DNA of 64,000 nt. It comes from Deltaproteobacteria bacterium (GTDB taxonomy: Bacteria; Myxococcota; UBA727; VGSZ01). The translations under genes and the position numbers were made by a program. Numbering within the stretch: the stretch's first letter is position 1; the number at the start of each line of letters is the position of its first letter. The stretch spans positions 420-64,419 of the forward strand of contig JADZDP010000016.1 in the NCBI GenBank assembly GCA_020850995.1. The letters run 5' to 3'. Under the pieces are notes generated by a model. That model did not search any database, was not told the DNA's origin, and worked only from the letters and a program-made list of their open reading frames with translations. Shown piece after piece: positions 64,000 through 64,000 of the stretch.

Positions 64000-64000
64000 G

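Overview
A very GC-rich bacterial window (roughly 70% or more by eye, not computed) with a Myxococcota/deltaproteobacterial gene complement: Ser/Thr kinases, GldG/DUF4340, a DUF2378-like protein and alternative complex III. About 47 genes are supportable, and most long ORFs in the supplied track are antisense shadows. Main loci: (1) 2-8996, a multiheme cytochrome cluster comprising an 8-heme lipoprotein, a probable outer-membrane barrel, a fused Fe-S/FAD/NADPH oxidoreductase with a His-rich membrane domain, a 30-heme cytochrome and a further heme lipoprotein missing from the ORF track. It looks like a complete cytoplasm-to-surface electron conduit. (2) 16580-26525, cyoE-sco-actABCDEF with a diheme ActE and no oxidase subunits. 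(3) 31938-36700, oleABCD. (4) A secreted delta-class carbonic anhydrase. (5) 38182-45516, a porin-imelysin-DHOR operon under a Fur box, extended by an HzsA-like multiheme lipoprotein and a small CX4CH lipoprotein. (6) 45656-64000, signalling genes. Many operon-leading genes have a TANNNT hexamer 6-9 nt before the start and no Shine-Dalgarno, suggesting leaderless transcription. I found no rRNA, tRNA, CRISPR array or transposase. All family calls are from motif recognition; no database was searched.
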